DNA of 64,000 nucleotides from contig JABLTJ010000013.1 in NCBI GenBank assembly GCA_013166775.1, positions 4,071 to 68,070 of the forward strand. The letters run 5' to 3'. The notes beneath the pieces were generated by a model. The model saw only the letters and a list, made by a program, of their open reading frames with translations. It ran no database searches and was not told where the DNA came from. This DNA comes from Promethearchaeati archaeon. GTDB taxonomy: Archaea; Asgardarchaeota; Heimdallarchaeia; Heimdallarchaeales; Heimdallarchaeaceae. A program made the position numbers and the translations under genes. How positions within the stretch are numbered: position 1 is the first letter of the stretch; each line of letters opens with the position of its first letter. Below, one piece after another: positions 55,684 through 64,000 of the stretch.

Positions 55684-56517
55684 ATGATATATGAAATCGA
55701 AAGAAAAGACTATCCAAAAGTATTGAAACTTTTTAGTCAATTATCAGATGATCATATGTCAGTAGTTGTAGCTTTAGAGCATAATTATCCAAGTAGAATT
55801 TTTGTAGATAATCTAGATTCACCAAAGAGTGGTTTAATTTATCTTGGTAAAAGAACATTAGGTTTCTCAGGTAGAAGTGATAACAAGCAATTTAATGATG
55901 AACTTAAGGAATTATTGAACAAAGAAATTCTTCCTCTCTTAAAAAACGAATTAAAAGTTAGAGAAGTAATCATCAGGTATGATGATAGCTGGGAAGATGA
56001 ATTGAAGTCTTTTTTGAACGATTTAGTAGAACATCAACTTGGTAATTATATTTTCAGTGACTTGAAATACGATTATAACAAAAATAAACTCCCAGATGGT
56101 TATGAGTATGTTGCTATCGATTCAGATTTGTTGAAACGAGAGGATCTAAAGAATTTCTACATTGTCGAAAGGTGGGTGAGAGGTTGTTACTTAGGTACAG
56201 AAGATTATTTATCCCGAGGTTTTGGTTTCTGTATAATCCATGAAAAGAAAGAAATCGCTAGCGTCTGTTTTTGTAATTACATATCCAAAGATAGGAAAAG
56301 ATGTGAGATAGGTATAATCACCTCTGAAGAACATAGAAAAAAAGGTTTAGCAAAAAATCTTGTCTCTTATACCGTTTCTCATGGTTTGAAACTCAATATT
56401 CAGAGAATAGACTGGCAATCACGATTAAGTAATATAGGCAGTATAAAAACTGCTGAAGCAGTTGGTTTTCAACTTGAAAAAACCTACATAGGATATGTCT
56501 TGGAATATACTCAATGA
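55684..56517 (+). CDS. GNAT family N-acetyltransferase (two-domain type)
   Basis: 277 aa. The C-terminal domain carries the acetyl-CoA motif-A-like HRKKGLAKNLVS. Confidence 0.6.
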   Translation: MIYEIERKDYPKVLKLFSQLSDDHMSVVVALEHNYPSRIFVDNLDSPKSGLIYLGKRTLGFSGRSDNKQFNDELKELLNKEILPLLKNELKVREVIIRYDDSWEDELKSFLNDLVEHQLGNYIFSDLKYDYNKNKLPDGYEYVAIDSDLLKREDLKNFYIVERWVRGCYLGTEDYLSRGFGFCIIHEKKEIASVCFCNYISKDRKRCEIGIITSEEHRKKGLAKNLVSYTVSHGLKLNIQRIDWQSRLSNIGSIKTAEAVGFQLEKTYIGYVLEYTQ

Positions 56518-56553
56518 TATATAAGATTGTCAATGTAACATATTAGTTGTTTT

Positions 56554-58038
56554 CTAAATACTAGGTGTTCCCATTTCTTTATGTAAGTGTTTTTGATCTG
56601 TAATTGTTATAGGCTCTACCCAGTGAACTGGAGTTACTTCAATTAATCTTCCTTTCACATTCAAGAAATCTCCTAAGATTTTAGGTTTATCCTTTTGCTT
56701 TCTCTGATAAGGTCTTTTCAAAATCAGAGCGAATAGCCATTCAGCTGAAAAGAGATATCTTCCTTTTTCCCAAATCCAAAGAATGAAAAACCATAATCCC
56801 ATCTCGAGAGCAATTAAAAAGAATGTCCAACCAATGTTCAATCCTCCTGTAGTCCTAAATCCTGGATCAGTCCATCCGAAAAGTTGTGTTATACCCCAAA
56901 GAGCAACTCTAAGAACTGCTTGAATTGATGCAAATGAATAAACTGATAAACAGAGAAAACCTGCTCTTCGACTAAATCTGGATATTCTTAATCTTCGTTC
57001 CCAATTTACTTTTCTGCTAAACTCCATACTGGCCATCAAACTTAGAACAACAATTAACAGCATTCCAATTGTTACAAATACAAACCATGTTGGATGAACA
57101 TGAAAATCTACTAACATGAATGGATCTTCGGGAATCTTTTCCACAACAAATAACCAGAAAGCGCCAAAAGCCATTGTGAACCCTGCAATTCCATATCCCC
57201 ATGATAAGAATTTTTTCTTATTCGGAGGTTTTTCTTGAGCAATAAAGATTCCTAGTATCGATCCTACCGCACTATATGCAAAATGAGGTAACAAAGGTGA
57301 TTCCCGAGCATTGAACTGATTTCCAATCATCCGCAGAATGTAATCCCACCATCCTTTATCTCCAATTTTATCTAGATGTTCTTCTGTATGCAAATTTACT
57401 CCCCAGAAAGTCATTGAAGCTTCATGAATAGCTGGAGCTGGGAAGATGAACAAGCAACCAACGACAGCGAACACTATTGCCATAACTATAGGTTTCTTTG
57501 TTTTCTCATTAGAAGTTAAGAAGAAGAACAATACTGAAGAAATCATAATAGCCCAAGCAATATTAGCAAACTGATCTGCATGGTAAATGTTTTGCCATTC
57601 TAGACTTGCAGTTCCTGTTGTTACCCACTCTAATGATGGACCCCATTGAGCAAGGAATACGTAAAAGAACATTGCCCACATCCATAGGAAAAGCCCTTTT
57701 GTAAACTCTTGAGCAAGAATAACTCTCCTTGGAACACCTCTTCTCAGCTTAGCAAACATGATAAACATGTGAATTGCTGCACTCATAAGAAGGAATAATC
57801 CTCTCCAATGACCAAAAACAACTATCAATCCCATGAGAATATAACCTGCTAAAGTTAATTCACCAGGATTTGTTTCAGCTACTCGTTGAACTTGACTAAC
57901 AAGCATAAATGTGTGAACCACCAAATTGCCTAGTATAGCCCACCCTCGTAGAATATCAAAGGAGATAATTCGTTCAGCCATGATATTTTGTTCTGTCCTT
58001 AGGGTTATAAAAACATTATCCGAAGAAGAAAGAGACAA
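56554..58038 (-). CDS. Polytopic membrane protein, DUF1624/HGSNAT-like acyltransferase family (tentative)
   Basis: 494 aa with about 11 helices. The N-terminal ISFDILRGWAILGNLVVH resembles the slD.lRG...h signature of that family. Confidence 0.4.
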   Translation of the reverse strand: MSLSSSDNVFITLRTEQNIMAERIISFDILRGWAILGNLVVHTFMLVSQVQRVAETNPGELTLAGYILMGLIVVFGHWRGLFLLMSAAIHMFIMFAKLRRGVPRRVILAQEFTKGLFLWMWAMFFYVFLAQWGPSLEWVTTGTASLEWQNIYHADQFANIAWAIMISSVLFFFLTSNEKTKKPIVMAIVFAVVGCLFIFPAPAIHEASMTFWGVNLHTEEHLDKIGDKGWWDYILRMIGNQFNARESPLLPHFAYSAVGSILGIFIAQEKPPNKKKFLSWGYGIAGFTMAFGAFWLFVVEKIPEDPFMLVDFHVHPTWFVFVTIGMLLIVVLSLMASMEFSRKVNWERRLRISRFSRRAGFLCLSVYSFASIQAVLRVALWGITQLFGWTDPGFRTTGGLNIGWTFFLIALEMGLWFFILWIWEKGRYLFSAEWLFALILKRPYQRKQKDKPKILGDFLNVKGRLIEVTPVHWVEPITITDQKHLHKEMGTPSI

Positions 58039-58050
58039 ATGATGAAGAGA

Positions 58051-61000
58051 TTATATTCGTTTTCTCTTTATCTGTTCTATATTAGCATGAATGAGTCTTC
58101 TCATATTTGGAGTTATAGCAGAAATATCTACATCAAATACTAGAAATGGCATATTGTTTTCCAAATAAATCGGTTTAAGTATTGCTTGTGAAATCTTGTA
58201 TGGAAGACAATTCATTGGTCCTGTAAGAATTAAAGAATCAAAGGAATTCTCACTTAAAGCTTCTAATCCAGTCCCTATTGTTGGAATTGCCTCACCAAAA
58301 ATTAATGGACTTATCACTGGTTTAGATTGTTTGAAAATTTCTTTTAAATCGTTATGTTTAGCATAAAGAAGTCCCGTTTTTTCGAATCTTTTTCTCTCTT
58401 TCTTATCTGCTAAATGCAATAATTGCAATCCAATTTTGCTGAATAGAATTACTCTTGAGTATCTATTCCAAGGAGTAGCTAAGCATCTGAGTATGGTAGA
58501 GAATTGATCAGGAGTTTTCTTCCATTGGTGTGAGAGAAGGTGACTTTGATAATGGAGACTATAGAGAGCAAGCTCGAAATAATCTGCTGATTTAACTAGT
58601 ACTTTGTGTTTACTATATATTTCTCTTAATTCTTTCAGGAAAAACGGACTAAAACGAACAAAGAAATCTCCATTGATTAAAACCTTGGGATAATCCTTTG
58701 GCGAACCGATTGTTGGAATTGTAGATATTTGTTTTATTAGTCTTTTTGCTCCTTTTCGTAAATTCTTCGTATGAGTAAAACCTTTTAGAAATTCTCCCCA
58801 GTATTTTTGAAGAAGATCTAGACTTCCTTCCTCCCCAACTACATGTAGTGCACTTTCAATCTCTGTCATTATATCAGCAATTAGAATAATAGGAGGACCA
58901 AAACGAAGGATATCAAATAAAGGAATTCCTAAGTATTGAGTAAGATAATCAAATCTATAGAGAAAAACATCTTTCATTTCATTTGTCTCTAAGAATTTTT
59001 CCGCATAATGATAATAACTATAAACGGCGCAGGGAGAACCACCTCTTAAAGCTAAATATCCAATTACATCTCCTGGTTCTCTTTTCTCATAAACGGACAT
59101 CATATGACCAAGCACAATTGGAAGAGGGATACATTCCTTACCAGAACTATATCTCAAACCTTTAACAGGATAATCAAGAATAATATCCGAAGATTCTCCA
59201 ACATGAAAACCCAAAGCTTTGAAACCTCTTAGAGAAAGATCAGAGTGATATTTCGAGAAACTAAAGAAATTTAGTTTTATTCTTGGATCTTTTATATCTA
59301 GTTTCTTACCTTCTGAAGTGTAAACTACGACCTTTCCACCTCGTTTCTTTATTTTAGCAATTTGGAAGGGTTTGTCTTCTGATTTACTCTCGCTTTTCTT
59401 GAAATTATTGATGATCTCGAGATAAGCTTCAAGCCTTGTCTGGACTCCAGCATCAGCTGTATGAGCATCTAGTTCCAGAATTAAATATGGTTTTGTTTTT
59501 AATTCCGTTCGAACATAATTTTGCACAAAAGCATCTATTGTGCAACTAAAGCTGTTAATATAAAGTAAGAACAAATTTTCATTTTCTAAAGATAGGTCTA
59601 TTGCAGCTTTAACATAATTTGCAAAATACCATGGAATATCAGCATCCCCTGTTTTTTCTAGGAAATCAAAAGGTATCACAGAGATTCCCATACTTGCTAA
59701 TTTCTTTGGAATTAGTAGGGATGTTTCCGGAGGAAAAGCGTTATAGCTTCTTCCAACTAATAAGATTCCTGTTTCGTCTGTTCCTTTTAATTTCTCAATT
59801 GCTTCTTTACCTAATTTTAGAAATGTAGCTTCAACTTTGTTTTGAACTGCAACAGCTTTATCATAAGCTGCTTTAGCTAGCTTCCTTGATTGTTGAAGGT
59901 TAACAACAGCCATTTCAACCAATCCTTTATCAGCTGCATACCCTTTATCATAAGCTAGTACAGGACTCAAGAATGTTGGTTCCTTAAATGCAGTAGCAGC
60001 GAAATAAGGACTTGCTTGGGTGATTGGACAGAAAGTTGAATTAAGCCATTTTTCTCCCTTCTTTAATGTAACAACATGAGGTAGAAAAACCAACTCAATA
60101 TCTTTTTTAATTAAATCTAAAATTGCTCCATGCATAATCTGTATCGGATAACAGAATGGAGCATTTGTCATTAACTCTTTATCTTCATCGATATCTGAAA
60201 GAATAACTTCGTATCCCAACTCGTAGAAAAATGTGGAGAATAATGGGTATAAACTATGAGTAAGCAAAGCTCTTGGAATTCCTATCTTCCCTTTTGCTTC
60301 GGATTTCTTGATTTCTTTCTTTTCGTTAGCAAATATAAGATCGTTTCTAACATCAACAAGATTTTCTTTTTCTTCGATTTTTTCAGATCTCTTCCATTGG
60401 TGTTCATATCTTGTACAACTTCCACCAAATGGGAATTTGCGACCGCCTACCTCATATCTTTCAATTTCACAGAAATTTGCACAAGCTTTGCAAGTAAAAC
60501 TCCCTAGATGTTTTAATTCTTCTTCAACCAATTTATCTAAAGTGGTTTCTTTGTCTAAAGCATCTATTTCATGTTGTTCGTATTTTGTTTTAGCTATGAG
60601 AGCAATTCCGAAAGCTCCAATTAGCTCAGGATTTGGGGGAATAATAATTTGTTTTCCAGTTGCATGAGCAAAAGCGTATCCAACAGAATTATTTTTTGCT
60701 ACACCTCCTTGAAAGAAAACTTTTCCACCAACTGGTCTTGATCCTTTAACTTTATTCATATAGTTCTCTGCAATGGAATAAACTAAACCACCAATTATGT
60801 CATCACGAACATATCCTTCTTGCAGAGCTGTTCGTATATCAGTATTGATGAAAGCAGCACAGTCAGCTTTGAATAGCACAGGTTCATTTGCACCCATAGC
60901 AGTATCAGAGATGTCAAAAACACTGACTCCAAGATCTCCTTTTGAGCTTTCTTCAAGGAAGGATCCAGTCCCAGCTGAACATGTGGCATTCATTGCATAA

Positions 61001-62232
61001 TCAACTGGTACTCCATTCTGAAGATACATATACTTTGAATCTTGACCACCTATTTCGAAGATAGTATCTACATCTTTATCGTAAAAAACTGCACCTTCAG
61101 AGTGAGCTGAAATCTCATTAAAAACTGCTGGAGTTCCTAAATAGGCACCTACTATTGCTCTTCCAGAACCTGTTACTCCAACAAGATTTACTTTTAATTT
61201 TCCTACTTGAGAGATTATTTCATTGATACATTCTCTTGTTGCTTCTACTGGATTACCACTTGTTCTTCCATAATGTGATGCTAAAATCGACTTATCTGAA
61301 GGATCCATCAAGATTGCTTTAGTTGTAGTAGAACCAACATCAACTCCTAGGATATAATCCTTGTTTCTGTCCAAATCTTTCTTATACAATTCAGGTTCGA
61401 TTATAGTTACTTGGTCACTAAATTGACTCAAGGAAGGAAGAGTTGAGAAACTTTTTCTGGTGACTAGTTCTAATTTTTGAAGCTTGGGATTATCCTTAAC
61501 AAGAAGAGCTGTGCCATATGCTTCAAAAACTGGACTCACATCTTTTGTTGCAACATCGACATCTTCAAGAGCTTCTTTTAACAACTTAAGAAAAGCATCA
61601 TTGAGTGATAAACCACCTATTACGAGCAGACGTTTGATATCAACTCGGGATTGAAACATCATTCCTTTTACTTTGGTCACCATACTTGCAAGAACAGAAG
61701 CTAAAAGATCCTCAACGGAAGATTCTCCTCTATTCAATTTGTGAGTGATGTCAGATTTGCAATGTACTGAACAACGATATGCTAAATCGATGGGTTTTCC
61801 CTTAAGTGCTAAAGAAATAGCATCAGGTAAGGATACACCCAATCTTTCTATTTGCTGAATAAAAAACTCTCCACTTCCAGCTGCACATTTATCATGAGAT
61901 AAAACATTCATGATGAATCCATCTTTATCCAAAACATAGAGAACAATAGCTTCTCCACCTAACGAAAGAATGACATCAAATTTTTCATCAAAGGAACGAA
62001 TACCTCTTTCAACAGCAACAATCTCTGAAAGCTCACCAAAAGAACCTGAAACATTGTAGTAAAAAGTCTCTGAATTTAGTTTTTCTTTAACAACCTTATC
62101 CAGAACATCCATTGGATTCCCTAGATGTTGCTCTTTAACTTGGAAGTAATTTCCTTCATCATCTACACTAACAAGATTTACTGAAACAGAACCAATATTT
62201 ACTCCGACATAACGATAGCTAATGTTAAACAC
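58051..62232 (-). CDS. Fused double BcrAD/BadFG-type activase plus 2-hydroxyacyl-CoA-dehydratase-like (CoA enzyme activase) protein
   Basis: 1393 aa. ATPase module 1 has GVNIGSVSVN, CAAGSGEFF and CSVHC. Module 2 has GVDVGSTTTK, IGGQDSK, CSAGTGSFLEE and DCAAF. A Cys cluster follows (CKACANFC...GGSC), then about 800 aa of dehydratase-component-like sequence. Confidence 0.75.
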   Translation of the reverse strand: MFNISYRYVGVNIGSVSVNLVSVDDEGNYFQVKEQHLGNPMDVLDKVVKEKLNSETFYYNVSGSFGELSEIVAVERGIRSFDEKFDVILSLGGEAIVLYVLDKDGFIMNVLSHDKCAAGSGEFFIQQIERLGVSLPDAISLALKGKPIDLAYRCSVHCKSDITHKLNRGESSVEDLLASVLASMVTKVKGMMFQSRVDIKRLLVIGGLSLNDAFLKLLKEALEDVDVATKDVSPVFEAYGTALLVKDNPKLQKLELVTRKSFSTLPSLSQFSDQVTIIEPELYKKDLDRNKDYILGVDVGSTTTKAILMDPSDKSILASHYGRTSGNPVEATRECINEIISQVGKLKVNLVGVTGSGRAIVGAYLGTPAVFNEISAHSEGAVFYDKDVDTIFEIGGQDSKYMYLQNGVPVDYAMNATCSAGTGSFLEESSKGDLGVSVFDISDTAMGANEPVLFKADCAAFINTDIRTALQEGYVRDDIIGGLVYSIAENYMNKVKGSRPVGGKVFFQGGVAKNNSVGYAFAHATGKQIIIPPNPELIGAFGIALIAKTKYEQHEIDALDKETTLDKLVEEELKHLGSFTCKACANFCEIERYEVGGRKFPFGGSCTRYEHQWKRSEKIEEKENLVDVRNDLIFANEKKEIKKSEAKGKIGIPRALLTHSLYPLFSTFFYELGYEVILSDIDEDKELMTNAPFCYPIQIMHGAILDLIKKDIELVFLPHVVTLKKGEKWLNSTFCPITQASPYFAATAFKEPTFLSPVLAYDKGYAADKGLVEMAVVNLQQSRKLAKAAYDKAVAVQNKVEATFLKLGKEAIEKLKGTDETGILLVGRSYNAFPPETSLLIPKKLASMGISVIPFDFLEKTGDADIPWYFANYVKAAIDLSLENENLFLLYINSFSCTIDAFVQNYVRTELKTKPYLILELDAHTADAGVQTRLEAYLEIINNFKKSESKSEDKPFQIAKIKKRGGKVVVYTSEGKKLDIKDPRIKLNFFSFSKYHSDLSLRGFKALGFHVGESSDIILDYPVKGLRYSSGKECIPLPIVLGHMMSVYEKREPGDVIGYLALRGGSPCAVYSYYHYAEKFLETNEMKDVFLYRFDYLTQYLGIPLFDILRFGPPIILIADIMTEIESALHVVGEEGSLDLLQKYWGEFLKGFTHTKNLRKGAKRLIKQISTIPTIGSPKDYPKVLINGDFFVRFSPFFLKELREIYSKHKVLVKSADYFELALYSLHYQSHLLSHQWKKTPDQFSTILRCLATPWNRYSRVILFSKIGLQLLHLADKKERKRFEKTGLLYAKHNDLKEIFKQSKPVISPLIFGEAIPTIGTGLEALSENSFDSLILTGPMNCLPYKISQAILKPIYLENNMPFLVFDVDISAITPNMRRLIHANIEQIKRKRI

Positions 62233-62344
62233 CTGATAGATTCAATACTTGGAATGTAGTTCAAGAGAAAATGTTTCTTTTATAAATATTGTCACAAAGC
62301 ATTTACAATTTATGATAATTACTTAAATAATTTCTAGATCTTCG

Positions 62345-62962
62345 ATGAATATTGCCTTAGGATTGGATGATGAAATTGATCTCGCTAGTTTAGGAATGGA
62401 TTGCGGGTACAATGTTGTTACAACAGGAGGAGATTCTTTTGAAAAGCTGTTTGAAGATTTTGAAAATGAGAAATTTGGTTTTACTGAGAAGAGATTTAAC
62501 ATGGGAGTTATTTATCCATCTCTTACTACAGGTGGAAAACCGAACATTACAATTCGAGTTGTACCTATGGCATTAGCTGATTGGACAACATTGAGGGAAA
62601 ATAATCCTACTAAGTATAAAGAAAAGAAAGAAGAACTTGCTGATTTCTTCATTGATTTAGTTGAGAAGTTTTTGATATCAAATTTGAGGAAACACATCAA
62701 GATAATCGATATTTCAACACCTGCAACATATGCAAGATATTCGGGTTCTCCTACAGGGTCAATTTATGATATGGCTCCTTATCCAGATAATTTTGGTAGA
62801 ACTCGATTGAAGATGAGAACACCAATTAAGGGATTATTTCAACCACGCTTTGTCCATGGTGTTTTCGGTAGTCTACTAGCTGGTTTACAAGTTAATGACA
62901 TGATACTCGAAGGAAAAATAATGAATGGAAATGCAAGATTAAAAACGAAAGAATTGAAATGA
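62345..62962 (+). CDS. C-terminal-only fragment of a CrtI/amine-oxidase-like FAD-dependent oxidoreductase (possible gene remnant)
   Basis: 205 aa. STPATYARYSGSPTGSIYDMAP...RTPIKGLFQP...GVFGSLLAGLQ matches the last ~40% of phytoene-desaturase-family proteins. No GxGxxG N-terminal domain is present, and only 112 nt lie upstream before the divergent neighbour. Confidence 0.45.
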   Translation: MNIALGLDDEIDLASLGMDCGYNVVTTGGDSFEKLFEDFENEKFGFTEKRFNMGVIYPSLTTGGKPNITIRVVPMALADWTTLRENNPTKYKEKKEELADFFIDLVEKFLISNLRKHIKIIDISTPATYARYSGSPTGSIYDMAPYPDNFGRTRLKMRTPIKGLFQPRFVHGVFGSLLAGLQVNDMILEGKIMNGNARLKTKELK

Positions 62963-63042
62963 AAAGGAAACTATCAATCGTTTTTCCTAAACACAAATTC
63001 ATCTTTGAGAATGAATAAAAATAAAAATAGAAAAAAGGGAAA

Positions 63043-64000
63043 TTAATTGCGTTTTCTTCTTCTTACTATTACTATCATTGTACTAAGGAATATTAAGAGA
63101 ATTGAAAAGCTTAGAAAGTTGTATGAAGCTCTTTTATGCCCTTTCATGAAGGAATATGATAGTTGCTTTGATGAGGATTTTTCTGTATAACCACTTGCAT
63201 ACGTAGTTGGAGTTTCTGGACTCATCAAACTTGTTATGATATATGCGAATTCAATATTTTCTCCAGTGAAATGGCTAATAATTGTCTCTCCATTTTCTTC
63301 TGAGTTTAGAGTTTGAGCGATACTCCACCCATTATCATCATAAATAGCAGAGGAAATGCCTATTGAAAGTGGATAAGGATTAGCAATCTCTAGAGTGAAT
63401 TCGTTAGGAGGATTAATGAGTTTTTTAACATCAAAACCATATTTTAGGTGTTTTACATCCTCTTCAGTGAATGGAAGAGTATCAATTGTCGTAATTTTGC
63501 TTATAGTAAAATCAGTATTATCAAAACCATATATTCCGTTTTCAATATCTTCCTCATCTATCGTACATGCAGTTATCCAATCCAAGTAAAGATTGTTGAA
63601 ATTAATATCATATCCTGCATTAGCTAATGCTATTTCAATTCCCACTGGTCCATCTATAGCAATTTTTATTAAATCGTTTATTAATTCTTCACCATATTTT
63701 TCACTTAAATAAAAGATAAACATCTGTGCTTTACCATAATTAGCACAAGATATATCGTCAGTTTCGTAATCAAAAGAGAGTAAAGATTGTTCTGGATGTG
63801 CTGAAAAGTTATCTGTAAACCGAGTCCTATTGAGACTATTTTTTGATGACCAAGAATTTTCCAATGATAGATAACCTGAATAGTACATTGCGTAATCTGC
63901 ATAACCTTCTCTTATCGTAGTCATATCCCCATTAGTATCAGTATTCTCCCATATAAGATGGTTGAATTCATGTGCAAGGATAGATGAATAACATATTGAA
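63043..64000 (-). CDS. Extracellular MA-clan zinc metallopeptidase, paralogue of 53425..54933, truncated by the window edge
   Basis: The frame stays open upstream of the track ATG (63924) to position 63999 and encodes ..LAHEFNHLIWENTDTNGDMTTIREGYADY, with HExxH at 63958..63972. The shared block is F(I/L)FY(L/I)(S/A)EKYG...I.DLI...DGP.GIE..L...G..I.FN...L.(W/F)ITACTIDE. It ends with a TM helix plus RRRKRN. Confidence 0.6.
   Translation of the reverse strand, partial: SICYSSILAHEFNHLIWENTDTNGDMTTIREGYADYAMYYSGYLSLENSWSSKNSLNRTRFTDNFSAHPEQSLLSFDYETDDISCANYGKAQMFIFYLSEKYGEELINDLIKIAIDGPVGIEIALANAGYDINFNNLYLDWITACTIDEEDIENGIYGFDNTDFTISKITTIDTLPFTEEDVKHLKYGFDVKKLINPPNEFTLEIANPYPLSIGISSAIYDDNGWSIAQTLNSEENGETIISHFTGENIEFAYIITSLMSPETPTTYASGYTEKSSSKQLSYSFMKGHKRASYNFLSFSILLIFLSTMIVIVRRRKRN

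Noticed and set aside
602-61000. Many 60-120-aa ORFs in the six-frame track lie antisense to, or out of frame within, long well-supported genes. Examples are 602..841, 1272..1481, 1760..1984, 6273..6570, 9181..9378, 11680..12469, 13226..13519, 18573..18926, 19959..20429, 22323..22532, 23280..23600, 35746..36054, 37049..37818, 42312..43166, 44651..44920, 46141..46528, 49598..49888, 51661..52312, 58983..60667 and 60795..61000.
   Set aside because: Each is fully embedded in a longer ORF that has recognisable family motifs. Their translations are low-complexity (F/L/I/S-rich), as expected from the reverse strand of AT-rich coding DNA, and none has a plausible start context.
1-64000. Search for tRNA, rRNA, other structured RNA, CRISPR arrays and mobile elements
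   Set aside because: Intergenic gaps are short (mostly under 250 nt) and uniformly A/T-rich, with no G+C-rich island of tRNA or rRNA type. No direct-repeat/spacer periodicity occurs outside coding DNA. No transposase, integrase or terminal inverted repeats were recognised. Absence is judged by eye only.

Overview
This is an AT-rich (roughly two-thirds A+T by eye), densely coding chromosomal segment that looks archaeal. I count about 53 protein genes on both strands with short intergenic gaps. I found no rRNA, tRNA, CRISPR array, transposase, integrase or prophage signature.

The archaeal call rests on three things: a nurA-herA-mre11-rad50 operon, an F420-dependent methylene-H4MPT dehydrogenase (Mtd), and a geranylgeranyl-reductase-family flavoprotein. 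The composition and gene mix are reminiscent of Asgard (Lokiarchaeia-like) genomes: kynureninase, pirin, a LURP-one/Tubby-like protein, an HGSNAT-like membrane protein, and many sequon-rich surface proteins with a signal peptide plus a C-terminal anchor. That placement is inference only. All family calls come from motif recognition in the supplied translations, because no searches could be run.

The best candidate for an undescribed system is at 29.65-33.5 kb. Three tandem paralogous 3-TM proteins are translationally coupled to a radical SAM/SPASM enzyme and a methyltransferase-TPR fusion. Directly upstream sits what appears to be a circularly permuted, membrane-anchored family-5 solute-binding protein with no cognate importer.

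Other notable items:
- A 1919-aa single-chain UvrA-UvrA fusion with asymmetric motif decay.
- A DSB-repair operon extended by an unknown 496-aa coiled-coil protein and a HAD phosphatase.
- A trio of divergent MobA-like nucleotidyltransferases with a non-canonical GRD loop.
- A 1393-aa double-activase/dehydratase fusion whose first ATPase module looks degenerate.
- A beta-helix protein with five 23-aa thrombospondin-type-3-like Ca-binding repeats.
- Several paralogous families of surface proteins.
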